The notes under the pieces were generated by a model that worked only from the letters and a program-made list of their open reading frames with translations, was not told the DNA's origin and did not search any database. The translations under genes and the position numbers were made by a program. This document shows, piece after piece, positions 8,533 to 18,302 of a DNA stretch of 64,000 nt. Each line of letters starts with the position of its first letter. The first letter of the stretch is position 1. The DNA is from an uncultured Gammaproteobacteria bacterium (GTDB lineage: Bacteria; Patescibacteriota; Microgenomatia; Levybacterales; UBA12049): assembly GCA_964474445.1 (NCBI GenBank), contig CAYYSJ010000001.1, positions 345,377-409,376 of the forward strand, written 5' to 3'.

Positions 8533-9722
8533 TTACTAACCCTTACTTTTATAATTTCATATATTCTGTTAAGACTATATGGGATAAGGACAATATAGCT
8601 AACTGCAACCAACATGTACCATTTTGTCGGATCCCGAAACATAATAAATCCTGGAACATGATCAAACATCCAAAGGTATAGTCCACCGAATGGATCATTT
8701 GCTCCTTTTGCTAAAAAAACACCCATAAGTCCTACCAACACAAAACACAAGATATATATTCGTTCCTTTTTTTCCCTGAGCAAACGGAGTGAATCGTAGG
8801 GTTTAAGAAATAGCAATGAACCAAAAGCAAGAAGTGGATACACTAGGAATTCGGGTCTCATAAAATTTACCTTCCCAAAGATATTTTCTGGCCAATTCGG
8901 ATGCAATAGTCCTAATGCATTCTCAAAAAATGCAAAACTAAAAAATTTTACAGCTCCTACTCCTGTATAAACTTCTCCAAATTGACTCATGGCAGACCCG
9001 CGACTAAACAGAAGAGGTAATATCCAAAATGCATGCAGGCCAAGAGTGAAAAGGGCAGGAACACCAACGGTGTAAAAAAATCTTTTAATTAACTTATTCC
9101 CTGGAAAGTAATAAAGAAAATAGAAAAATGTTATGATGGCAAGTATTGGGAGACTTACATACACTATTCTAAAATCAAAGAGAATCAAGATACTCAAACT
9201 ATATGTAAATAAAAGTGATAAAAAGAATGAATCAGAATTTTCTAAAAGGTTTAAATATGTTAATACAAGAAATGGAAGACAAGAATAAGCTAAGGCAACA
9301 CCATTTTGCCCTCCTCCAATAAGCATTAATGCATATGTGTTTGTCGTATATAGAAAGCTTCCAATGAGTGCGAAAGAAGAGTTGCCAACTATTTTTTTTG
9401 TTAATAAATATGCTGATGTTAGAGAGAGTACAAGAAAAGGGAAAAACCAAAATATTCTTTCATACATTTTCCAATCTATTCCCTGCGCTAATTTCATCGT
9501 TCCTACAAAATATACCTCAAGAGGTAACTTAATAACTTTATTATTGCCTACTCCAGAATACCTATCGTCCCATGAAGTAAGCAATGTTGTGTTTTTCACC
9601 ATAGTAGACGAGTAGTATGTCCAATCACCACCCGTTAATAACTCTCCTCCCAACCAATTCCTAAAGATAAAAATAACAGCCAATACAAAAATGACAAATG
9701 AAAACGCAAAGATTTTTTTCAT
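8529..9722 (-). CDS. N-terminal multi-TM part of a split YfhO/AftD-like GT-C protein
   Basis: TGGDW acidic loop after TM1, about 10 TMs, FWILP, PGFIMFRDPTKW. Confidence 0.72.
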   Translation of the reverse strand: MKKIFAFSFVIFVLAVIFIFRNWLGGELLTGGDWTYYSSTMVKNTTLLTSWDDRYSGVGNNKVIKLPLEVYFVGTMKLAQGIDWKMYERIFWFFPFLVLSLTSAYLLTKKIVGNSSFALIGSFLYTTNTYALMLIGGGQNGVALAYSCLPFLVLTYLNLLENSDSFFLSLLFTYSLSILILFDFRIVYVSLPILAIITFFYFLYYFPGNKLIKRFFYTVGVPALFTLGLHAFWILPLLFSRGSAMSQFGEVYTGVGAVKFFSFAFFENALGLLHPNWPENIFGKVNFMRPEFLVYPLLAFGSLLFLKPYDSLRLLREKKERIYILCFVLVGLMGVFLAKGANDPFGGLYLWMFDHVPGFIMFRDPTKWYMLVAVSYIVLIPYSLNRIYEIIKVRVSK

Positions 9723-9725
9723 ATA

Positions 9726-10766
9726 TTATTTGTCAAACCCTCTTACAGCATATACTTGATTGATGATTTTTGAATAGCCCTCTATTTTCCCTCGCCCTTT
9801 GACATTTTCTATGTAGATTTTTCTAACAAAATCAAGGACAAATCTTGGAATAATAAATGCAGACAATAGGAATAACCAATATTTTATAGAAAATGTATAA
9901 GATGAATTCAATTCTCTAATCCTCTTTGCGTATTTTAAAAGGTTTGAATTATTTGAGTTATATTTGATAATTGCTAGAAAACTGACATTAATGGCCAATT
10001 GTCGATTAAGCGTTTTTTTATAATACTCCTCCCCTGCTACGACTCGAATTGCATTATATAACTCTTCCCATGCTATTTTTCCTTTTTTGACGTAATAGCC
10101 TGGATGCTTTTGCTGATGGGACCAGGATGCAATAATAGAATACTTTTGCTGGAAAAATCCTCCATATTTTTGAATATTTGAGTAGCACATGTCAAACCAT
10201 GGGATAAGCTCAGAGTCAAGGATAGTAATTTTTTTAGGGTGTATGTTTTTAAAAATAATTCCAGTTATAAAATACAAATCAATTTTTTCAATATACCCAA
10301 CTATTTCTGCAGGTGTAGCACCTGCTTTTAATTGCAAATCTGCTCTCAGAAATTTATTTCTCACATAATCAAAAACATCCTTTTTATCAAATGTCTGGTA
10401 AACATAATTAAGTCTTATTAAACCATAGTGGTGTTTTGCGATTAAATTATATACACCTTCCAAAACATCATCATAGAGAAGATAATCATCATCCCCATGT
10501 ATAAAAACATATTCACCTTTAGCATAAGACAAAACATTACCAATATTTTTCACTGCACCTAAATTCTTTGGATTTTTATAATACCTAACTCTTTTATCTT
10601 TATATGCTTTTACTCTTTTAGCAGTGTCATCTGTGGAATTATCATCACAAATAATAATTTCAAAATCTTTAAAGGTTTGTGCTAATAAACGTTTTATAGC
10701 AAAATCTACTTCTTCCGATCTATTGTATGTAGCGATTGGAATGGAAAAAAATGGACGTTTCTTCAT
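9726..10766 (-). CDS. GT2 glycosyltransferase
   Basis: SIPIATYNR, ICDDNSTD, NLGAVKN, HGDDD. Confidence 0.88.
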   Translation of the reverse strand: MKKRPFFSIPIATYNRSEEVDFAIKRLLAQTFKDFEIIICDDNSTDDTAKRVKAYKDKRVRYYKNPKNLGAVKNIGNVLSYAKGEYVFIHGDDDYLLYDDVLEGVYNLIAKHHYGLIRLNYVYQTFDKKDVFDYVRNKFLRADLQLKAGATPAEIVGYIEKIDLYFITGIIFKNIHPKKITILDSELIPWFDMCYSNIQKYGGFFQQKYSIIASWSHQQKHPGYYVKKGKIAWEELYNAIRVVAGEEYYKKTLNRQLAINVSFLAIIKYNSNNSNLLKYAKRIRELNSSYTFSIKYWLFLLSAFIIPRFVLDFVRKIYIENVKGRGKIEGYSKIINQVYAVRGFDK

Positions 10767-11866
10767 AGTACTTTCTGAAGCATAGCAAGACTTTTTTCTA
10801 CTCTTTTTTTATCAATCTCTCGTCCTATTGTATTATAGTAACCCACCTTAGATCTACTAATAGTTTTTAAAAGTGAAACACGAAGGTAATACATCCAGTA
10901 TTTGGGCAATGCATATAAAGTACTTACCTCTATACCGTACCCCTTACAAAAATAAAGAAATTTTTGACTATCTTCCTCTCTAAAAAGAAATGTATCAATA
11001 AAAGCTATTTCCCATAGTTGATCACCAAAAATACTGTCCTCCCAATCAAATATAGCACTGATAACTCCTCCAAAAGTTTTGATATTCCTTGTTCCTGGAT
11101 CATTATGCAACAAGGATAAATTTTGTGTCGCTAACACTTGTTTAGAATTCTTAAAAACAATTTGTATCAAATCAGCATCTTTTTTATCAATAATTCCTAT
11201 TTCTCTTGTTTGTTGTATATGGGAAAGCAGTTGAGTGGTGAAAAACTCATTCCAGGAATTAAAGGATCCTATAAGAGTATTCCTTTGTACTAATTCAGTG
11301 AAATTAAGCGTACCCGCTTTATCGGCAGTAATAGTATGTATTTTTTTAAAAATTTTCCCTAAATTTTTGTAAATATTCTTGATCTCTTGTCCATTATAGA
11401 AATCTAAATTGTCTCCTTTCTCATATGCCATAATCATGAAGTCGAATGGGTAAATACTTCGTGAAATATCAACAGCATACACTGTAAGAAAAGGTAATTT
11501 TTTTTCTTCTAGCAATTTTTGAATCTTCGCCTCTTGGAAAAAAGAGAAATCTCTGTATCTCTCTATAATGTTCACTTTTAATACATATGTAGATCTATTT
11601 GTTGTTACTGCAAAAAGAACATGAAAGGTCGTTTTTACTTCAATCTTTTTTATCATTATAACAATTTCATCAAGGTTCTCCCTAAAAATTTTCTTAATCG
11701 TATTTTCATCAATATAAGAATATGTTTGTTGGAGATCTCCTAAGTTTTTGGATAGGAATTCTGAATCCGATTTTGGATGGAACATAGATTCCCGTAACAC
11801 TTGATATTGTTCTAGAGATTTCTGAGGATATTGATAATTAAAATTCTTTGTAACCAAAGTATTCAT
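10763..11866 (-). CDS. APH/choline-kinase-fold phosphotransferase
   Basis: YVLK, Brenner-type LLHNDPGTRNI and IFDWED motifs. Confidence 0.82.
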   Translation of the reverse strand: MNTLVTKNFNYQYPQKSLEQYQVLRESMFHPKSDSEFLSKNLGDLQQTYSYIDENTIKKIFRENLDEIVIMIKKIEVKTTFHVLFAVTTNRSTYVLKVNIIERYRDFSFFQEAKIQKLLEEKKLPFLTVYAVDISRSIYPFDFMIMAYEKGDNLDFYNGQEIKNIYKNLGKIFKKIHTITADKAGTLNFTELVQRNTLIGSFNSWNEFFTTQLLSHIQQTREIGIIDKKDADLIQIVFKNSKQVLATQNLSLLHNDPGTRNIKTFGGVISAIFDWEDSIFGDQLWEIAFIDTFLFREEDSQKFLYFCKGYGIEVSTLYALPKYWMYYLRVSLLKTISRSKVGYYNTIGREIDKKRVEKSLAMLQKVL

Positions 11867-12758
11867 TAAAGTGAGCTGTCAACAATTTAATTTTCTCGTA
11901 TTCTTTCTTGGAAAGCTCATTCCTTTTTGCCATATTATATTCAACTGTTGGATACTGAACTGTCCCCCATGGATAGATATTCTCCAATTTTTCCCCATTC
12001 CAGGAAGGATAAAGGAGTGAATTATCAAATGATATCTCTAATTTTTTGCAAAGACCTGTAAAGAATTTCTTTTGATTATCAATCATATCTTCAAATCGCA
12101 TAATAATAACGTTGTCTGGATAAATTTTTGAAAAATTAATTGCTGTTAATTGAATAATATTCCAGGTGTTAATATATCTATCAAGAGTCAGTGGTGCGGG
12201 TCGATGTTTAGTCTCCGCGAAGGAAGAAAATGGGTTTCTAACAACATGAAGTATTTTAGCCTTTGGAAAATCAGCAATAATTTTATCTGCATCCAAAATC
12301 TGTACTGGATTATATCCCACATAAATTTTTTCTTTTCCTGATGCATTAAAATTTTTCCATGCTTTAAAGGTCGAAATATAAAAAGCCTTTACAATATTTG
12401 CTCGTGTCAATTCTTCATTTTTTAAAAGTTCTAGGAAAATTTCCTTTCTCTCTTTATCAACAAGTTGAATATCAGCATCTTTAAATTTACTCATGTGTGG
12501 AGTTTTTACTCGAATTTTTACTTCTTCATCAAAAATATCCTCATATATTTCATCAAGCCCTTGTCCTAGAGCAAATTGTGGCCATCGATATTTATATGGA
12601 ACCAAAGAGGCTAAATAATCTGATACCCGTCTATTACCAACTTGTGATTCAAATGGATAAGTAAAAAGAAGAGGATGCCCATCAAGGTGACGCTGTGTAG
12701 TATTTCCGCCATTCTCATACATTGCGGAAATCATAATAAATCGAAATGCCTTATCCAT
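11838..12758 (-). CDS. Sulfotransferase-fold protein with atypical 5'-PSB loop
   Basis: SAMYENGGNTTQRHLDGHP, FPKAKILHVVRNP, MRFEDM..LCKKLEI. Confidence 0.75.
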   Translation of the reverse strand: MDKAFRFIMISAMYENGGNTTQRHLDGHPLLFTYPFESQVGNRRVSDYLASLVPYKYRWPQFALGQGLDEIYEDIFDEEVKIRVKTPHMSKFKDADIQLVDKERKEIFLELLKNEELTRANIVKAFYISTFKAWKNFNASGKEKIYVGYNPVQILDADKIIADFPKAKILHVVRNPFSSFAETKHRPAPLTLDRYINTWNIIQLTAINFSKIYPDNVIIMRFEDMIDNQKKFFTGLCKKLEISFDNSLLYPSWNGEKLENIYPWGTVQYPTVEYNMAKRNELSKKEYEKIKLLTAHFNEYFGYKEF

Positions 12759-12765
12759 AAAGAGT

Positions 12766-12771
12766 ATTATA
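12766..12771 (-). promoter_or_regulatory. -10 box placed for leaderless transcription
   Basis: TATAAT 7 nt upstream of ATG 12758, no SD. Confidence 0.5.
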
Positions 12772-12813
12772 GCTGGTAAAAATGCATAATTCTATAGTTA
12801 ATTTCCAAATTTA

Positions 12814-13830
12814 CTATGTATTTTTTGTGAAATTCCACTTTGCACTATTATACTGTACTTCTTTTTGCCACTGGATTGTTGCTCTCAAACCTTGTTCTAG
12901 AGTAAAGAGAGGCTTCCACCTCAGTTTTTTTTTAATGTTTTCGTTATTACCATACCAATCTTCCAAATCCCAATTTCTATTTTTCATCCCTCCAAATGTA
13001 GGAGAAATTTTCATTTTTACTATTTTCTTTACCAGTAAAGCAAGCTGCCGTATAGTCGTTTTTTTGCCAGTTGCAACATTAAATACTTCACCATAAAGCA
13101 GAGGAGACATGCATACTGCCGCATAAATAAATGCAGATACAATATCATCTACATAAATAAAGTCTCTTGAAATTGAAGGATCTACAAAATGAGGAAATTC
13201 TCCATGTCGCGCCTTTTCTAAAAGGGTAGGAATGAGTCTGTCTTGCTCCTCCCAAGGACCAAAAGCTGAATAAAGTCGCAAATGTATAACAGGCATCTTT
13301 TCAACTTTTCCGTAATATTTTAAAGTGAAGTAGTTTGATACTTTTGAAACTGCATAATGACTATTTGGACTTAGCTCCCCATCTTCTTTTGGAGCCGATG
13401 AGTTAAGTCCATATTCTGACTGTGATCCAGCATGGATATATGCTGCAATTTTTTTATCCCTCAGTGTCTCAAGAAGCTGAATTGTTGAAAAGACATTTGT
13501 CTCATAAATCTTTTTAACCTCTTGCTGTTTGGAATAAGCACCATAAGCTGCTAAATTAAATACGGTTTTTGGCTTTATCTTCTTGATTACTTTCTCCAAC
13601 TGTTCATTATTGGTAAGATCGCAGTCTAGAAAATGTTTGCGAGGAATTTTTGCTGCTATAAAGCGCCAGTTATGCATGCTGTCATGAGAAACTCCATAAA
13701 CATCTTTTCTGAAAAGGAGAATTTTTTGAATAAGATTTACTCCAATAAATCCTCCAGCACCAAAAATCAGTATCGGACCTTGTACTTTTTTTATTTGCGT
13801 TTTCAAGTCTTTTTTTATTGCCATCTTCAT
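12814..13830 (-). CDS. Extended SDR NDP-sugar epimerase/reductase
   Basis: GAGGFIG, FNLAA, GSQSEYG, YAVSK, RDFIYVDD. Confidence 0.9.
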   Translation of the reverse strand: MKMAIKKDLKTQIKKVQGPILIFGAGGFIGVNLIQKILLFRKDVYGVSHDSMHNWRFIAAKIPRKHFLDCDLTNNEQLEKVIKKIKPKTVFNLAAYGAYSKQQEVKKIYETNVFSTIQLLETLRDKKIAAYIHAGSQSEYGLNSSAPKEDGELSPNSHYAVSKVSNYFTLKYYGKVEKMPVIHLRLYSAFGPWEEQDRLIPTLLEKARHGEFPHFVDPSISRDFIYVDDIVSAFIYAAVCMSPLLYGEVFNVATGKKTTIRQLALLVKKIVKMKISPTFGGMKNRNWDLEDWYGNNENIKKKLRWKPLFTLEQGLRATIQWQKEVQYNSAKWNFTKNT

Positions 13831-14729
13831 AGAAGTCTTTTAATATTTTTCAATATACCCTCTGGATCCAATTCATTTTCTTTCTGATGGAAAGCGTGGT
13901 TTCCGTAAAGGTGAGAAAGATAACCTTTTGCAAAAAGATGCACAAAATTTCCGGAAGACAGATTTCTTTTTCCTAAAATAGAGAATAGCTTTTCTCCAAG
14001 TCCACCTACTCCCGAATGTTCCTCAACAACAAGTAACTTTTGAGTCTTGCGAATAGAAACAAATATTTCATCTGACAACTCGGTTGGTAATTCTGTTATA
14101 ACAAAAAGATCTATAACGTTTTCTTCTTTCAACTGATCAATTGCCTGCAGAACATTGTGAATAAGTGGTCCTAAAACAACAAGAGTTATTTTTTCTCCAT
14201 TTTTAATATGCCGAATTGGTGCATATGGAGGAAGCTGTATAGTTGTTTGAGGAGCTAAATTGAGACGAAGATACGAAGGTGCATTATTTTTATAGATTTT
14301 CTCCACAACAAAAGGCATATCCTCGACAAAAGCAGGAATATAAAGTTGCATATTGGGAAAAGATGAGTAAATTGCCACATCTTCCAACAGATGATGAGAT
14401 TCTCCCATAATGCCATACCCATAGCCACCACCAAACCCAGCTAGTTTTACTGGAAGATTGAGGTGGCATACATCATTCCTTACTTGTTCAACGGTCTTAA
14501 GAGTTAAAAATGTTGAGATACTATATACCCAAGGTTTAAGTCCTACATAGCAAAGGCCTGCAGCTACTGAAATCATATTTTGTTCAGCAACACCAGCATT
14601 GATAAAGCGTTCTCCGATACCATATCTTATCCCTTCAAATGCATTAAACCCTAAATCACCTGTGAGAAAGAAAATTTTTTTATCTTTTTTAGCGATTTTT
14701 TCCAGCTCTGTGATAAATTCTTTTTTCAT
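13827..14729 (-). CDS. Transketolase-like C-terminal subunit (pyrimidine-binding and C domains)
   Basis: TGDLG, RFINAGVAEQNM, GESHH..ED, YLRL, VEEH..GGLG. Confidence 0.9.
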   Translation of the reverse strand: MKKEFITELEKIAKKDKKIFFLTGDLGFNAFEGIRYGIGERFINAGVAEQNMISVAAGLCYVGLKPWVYSISTFLTLKTVEQVRNDVCHLNLPVKLAGFGGGYGYGIMGESHHLLEDVAIYSSFPNMQLYIPAFVEDMPFVVEKIYKNNAPSYLRLNLAPQTTIQLPPYAPIRHIKNGEKITLVVLGPLIHNVLQAIDQLKEENVIDLFVITELPTELSDEIFVSIRKTQKLLVVEEHSGVGGLGEKLFSILGKRNLSSGNFVHLFAKGYLSHLYGNHAFHQKENELDPEGILKNIKRLL

Positions 14730-14732
14730 ACG

Positions 14733-15548
14733 TCATTGTACCTTCCTATCAATTGATAAAAGTGCTTTTTTGTACAGATCATCTGTAAGAGTATGATAAT
14801 GCCAACCAATTTGGTTTTCCATAAATGTTACGCCATGACCTTTGATAGTATCAAAAATAATTACTTTGGGTTTGTTTCCTTTTAATTTCCCTACTTTCTT
14901 GAATACCTTTTCTATATGAACAGGATTATGACCATCAGCAGTAAAGACTTCAAAACCAAATGCCTCCCATTTTTCAGGAGTTGTTGATTTTCCTAGTACT
15001 TCTGCTGTCTTTCCAAATGCCTGAATCTTATTGTTATCTACTAGTACTACTAAATTTTTTAACTTTTTGGCTGTGGCATATTGGGCTGCTTCCCATACTT
15101 GACCTTCATTACATTCGCCATCAGACATCAAACAATAGACCATTGCTGGCTTTTTTGATTTTCGTAAATAAAGGTACGCTTGTGCCATTCCTGAAGCTAT
15201 TGATAATCCATGTCCTAAACTACCTGATGGGAAAGGAATGAATTCATCTAAGTCAGCAGCAGGATGAGCTGGTAATTTTGTTCCATTAGTATGAAAAGTC
15301 TGTAAATCTTTATCAGATAACCTGCCAATAGCATTCAAAACAACATACAGTGCAGGAACAGCATGACCTTTTGAGAGAATGAACTTATCATTTTTTTTAA
15401 TAACAGAAGAAAATAGCACTCTTAAGATGTCCAAGCAGGACAATGAACTTCCAATATGGCCCGCATGAGCATTATACAAGAGAGTAAGCAGATTTTTATG
15501 CAAAATATTTCTATTGAGTTTTTTTCGGATAGATATAGCTTTGGCCAT
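14733..15548 (-). CDS. Transketolase-like N-terminal ThDP-binding subunit
   Basis: GHIGSSLS, ILSKGHA, GSLGHGL, SDGECNEG..DNN ThDP motif, TIKGHG; ATG 15548 lies 10 nt after TATAAT. Confidence 0.9.
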   Translation of the reverse strand: MAKAISIRKKLNRNILHKNLLTLLYNAHAGHIGSSLSCLDILRVLFSSVIKKNDKFILSKGHAVPALYVVLNAIGRLSDKDLQTFHTNGTKLPAHPAADLDEFIPFPSGSLGHGLSIASGMAQAYLYLRKSKKPAMVYCLMSDGECNEGQVWEAAQYATAKKLKNLVVLVDNNKIQAFGKTAEVLGKSTTPEKWEAFGFEVFTADGHNPVHIEKVFKKVGKLKGNKPKVIIFDTIKGHGVTFMENQIGWHYHTLTDDLYKKALLSIDRKVQ

Positions 15549-15671
15549 TTGTTGCTCAATTATACACAAAAAATTATCCTTGTATACACCTAAGAATTAT
15601 CAGTTCTATCAGATTTCTTCATTATTGCAAAAACTATTGCTAATTGAGAAAATCATTGATGGTAAAATCAT

Positions 15672-16376
15672 ATGAGAAAAACTTTTTCCGTTATACTTCC
15701 CGTATACCATCAGTCCAACCAAATTGCACTTATTATTAAAAACTATACACATGGATTAACAAAATTAAAAAAGCCATTTGAGCTTCTGCTTGTTATCAAT
15801 GGAAATGACACTGCATCCTATAAAGAGGCAGTAAGGCTGGCAAGAAATAATTCCTCTATCCGGGTTATTTTCATAAAAGAATCTGGGTGGGGAAACGCCG
15901 TTTTGGTAGGATTGCAAAAAGCACAAGGCAAACTTATTTGTTATACCAATTCCGCACGTACACAGATTGACGATCTACTTGCAATGCTACGCTTTGCAGA
16001 CAAAAACCCTTCTATTGTTATTAAAGCAACAAGAATGCTTCACGTCAGTCCACTTAGAAAAATTGGCTCAACGCTTTACAATATAGAATGCCGACTTCTT
16101 CTGCATACTCCTGTGTGGGATGTCAATGGAACTCCGAAAGTTATTCCATATATGGTTACAAAAAAAATAAATCTTCAATCAAAGGATGACCTTATTGATG
16201 CAGAGCTTGTCGCAAAATGCATTGCCCTGCATATACCTATATTAGAAGTTCCAATTCTTTTTCCTCCTCGCTTTGGGGGCAAAAGTACAACAAATTATTT
16301 TTCTGCAATAAAGATGTATCTAGGGGTATTACGAATTCGAAAAATGGTGAGAAATATATTTCTTCATCAAGGGTAA
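15672..16376 (+). CDS. Divergent GT2, polyprenol-phosphate sugar synthase-like
   Basis: FSVILPVY, GWGNAV..G, DVNGTPK, ILEVPI..R-x-GGKS; DXD region reads TNSAR (atypical). Confidence 0.7.
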   Translation: MRKTFSVILPVYHQSNQIALIIKNYTHGLTKLKKPFELLLVINGNDTASYKEAVRLARNNSSIRVIFIKESGWGNAVLVGLQKAQGKLICYTNSARTQIDDLLAMLRFADKNPSIVIKATRMLHVSPLRKIGSTLYNIECRLLLHTPVWDVNGTPKVIPYMVTKKINLQSKDDLIDAELVAKCIALHIPILEVPILFPPRFGGKSTTNYFSAIKMYLGVLRIRKMVRNIFLHQG

Positions 16377-18302
16377 CAAAAGAAGCATTCCCCATATAAT
16401 AAATGAGATAAAGGAAATAAGAAGCCCAATGCGAAAGGTACGTGAAGCATAAGAGAAGACATATGTATGATTTCCTTCGAGTGTTTGTACCTCTAGAAAA
16501 CGATGAGACAAAAGCTGTTGGTTTTTACCATCTATCCAAACATTCCATCCAGGATAATTCATTTGAGCAAGGGAAAGAATTTGTTTACTTTGTGCATTTG
16601 TCTTAATTCGAAAGGTATTAACACCAACATCCACATGTTGTGCTTGTGTACTTCCCTTTCCATCATATAACACAGCGAAGGGTCTTCCGGTTGATAATTC
16701 ATATACCGATGTGTCATCTTTTTGATACACTTTTTTTGCAGTCTCAGGGATATTATTGATTTGATTATGGGGAGTAATAAAATACCCCGGCTGAATGTCT
16801 TGGTAATTTGCAGCATAATCATATGGAGAGGGTCTTTTAACAAAGGCAAATGCTAAAGCAGGGCTATTTTTTAAAACAAAACCATAATTCGTATTTAACA
16901 ATCTTTGATTATGGTAATAAATAACGTCCTCAGGTACTTCATTAATCCAATTTTCCGCTAACACATAGTAGTTTTGTGTATTGTGTTTTTCAATCCAAGA
17001 AAAAATATCGTTGTATAAAGAATAATTTGCAGGGAACACACTATATGCAACAAGAGACGGATTAATAAGCATAGTTTCAAAGAAAAAAATTGTACAAAAG
17101 AGATTTAAAACAAGCATTGGAAAAACAAAGATACGGTATTTTTTACTTCTTAGAAGATATTCAGAAAAAAGGCCAAAAATCACCAAGATGATAACAACAA
17201 AATATGCATATGCTCTGCTCGGTACTCTAAAATATTGTAGTGAGGGTATAAAGGTTATTAACCAATGATAAGGGTTTACTAATAAAGCTGGCATAAGCAT
17301 AAGAAAGAAAGTGCAAAAAAGAAGTACCAGAAATATTTTTGACGGAATGTTTATCTTTTTATATTCCTTTATCATCCAAACAATTCCGATGAAGGGGAAA
17401 ATACCGATGAACGCTGTTTTCTCAAGATCTCCCCAAGCTGTTGAAATAAAAGAAGACAAATACGTAAGTTGAAATGGTTTATCAAATGGTATAAAAAGAT
17501 ATCGTATCATGCTTATAATTGTTTGACTTCCCTCAAACGGTTCTTTAGACTTCCCCAAGTACGTTTGCAACTCAACTATTGGTAATATTTTAACTGCAGA
17601 AAATAGCCCCATTAAGACAGCGGTGACAAAGAAATAAAAGAATACTTTTTTTTCTTTGAAAAAGAAATAACAGGCTAGTACAGAAAGTGAAAGCATTCCA
17701 TACATAACAAAATAAATACTTCCTGCTGACAAAACATAGAAAAAAGAAAGCGCTGCAATACCGGCCCAAAGAACGTTTTTCTTTCTACCTACTTGCATCA
17801 GAGAAAATATAACAAATGGAAGAATGCCATAAGGGACAACAGACTCAATGTGGCCTGCTGTAATTCGAGCAGCAGGATACCCACATACTGCATACGTGAG
17901 GGCAATAAAGAAAGCGATTGCCTCTGAAGAAACAAAAGACTTTGCCAAAAGGTACATAGTCTCGCATGCAAGAAATAATGAAAGGACATAAATTAGTTTT
18001 ATTGCACCATCATAGGATGGCATAATAATAAGAGGAATACTCATTACTGGGTTATATGCACTATACATAGGATCAGCTATCAAAGGCAACCCTTCTTGTA
18101 TGGTAGGATTCCATTGAGGAAACGTATGACTATGCACTATTGCATCACGAAAGTATAATTCCTGAAGATCCGTACCATTAAGATCGTTGGCATGGACAAC
18201 ATGATTATCTAGAATTACTGGAAGTAAAATTAATAAGCTAAAAATGAGGAATATACCATGAAAAAAAAGTTTATTAGAAAAGAGGATAAGCAATTTATTC
18301 AT
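16329..18302 (-). CDS. YfhO-like GT-C membrane glycosyltransferase
   Basis: FPQWNP..GLPLIADP, FRVPSR, NYPGWNVWIDGK, terminal TM. Confidence 0.8.
   Translation of the reverse strand: MNKLLILFSNKLFFHGIFLIFSLLILLPVILDNHVVHANDLNGTDLQELYFRDAIVHSHTFPQWNPTIQEGLPLIADPMYSAYNPVMSIPLIIMPSYDGAIKLIYVLSLFLACETMYLLAKSFVSSEAIAFFIALTYAVCGYPAARITAGHIESVVPYGILPFVIFSLMQVGRKKNVLWAGIAALSFFYVLSAGSIYFVMYGMLSLSVLACYFFFKEKKVFFYFFVTAVLMGLFSAVKILPIVELQTYLGKSKEPFEGSQTIISMIRYLFIPFDKPFQLTYLSSFISTAWGDLEKTAFIGIFPFIGIVWMIKEYKKINIPSKIFLVLLFCTFFLMLMPALLVNPYHWLITFIPSLQYFRVPSRAYAYFVVIILVIFGLFSEYLLRSKKYRIFVFPMLVLNLFCTIFFFETMLINPSLVAYSVFPANYSLYNDIFSWIEKHNTQNYYVLAENWINEVPEDVIYYHNQRLLNTNYGFVLKNSPALAFAFVKRPSPYDYAANYQDIQPGYFITPHNQINNIPETAKKVYQKDDTSVYELSTGRPFAVLYDGKGSTQAQHVDVGVNTFRIKTNAQSKQILSLAQMNYPGWNVWIDGKNQQLLSHRFLEVQTLEGNHTYVFSYASRTFRIGLLISFISFIIWGMLLLLPLMKKYISHHFSNS

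Noticed and set aside
10763-11866. Aminoglycoside resistance gene
   Set aside because: Only the general APH/choline-kinase fold motifs are present; coupling to glycan genes points to sugar or glycan phosphorylation.
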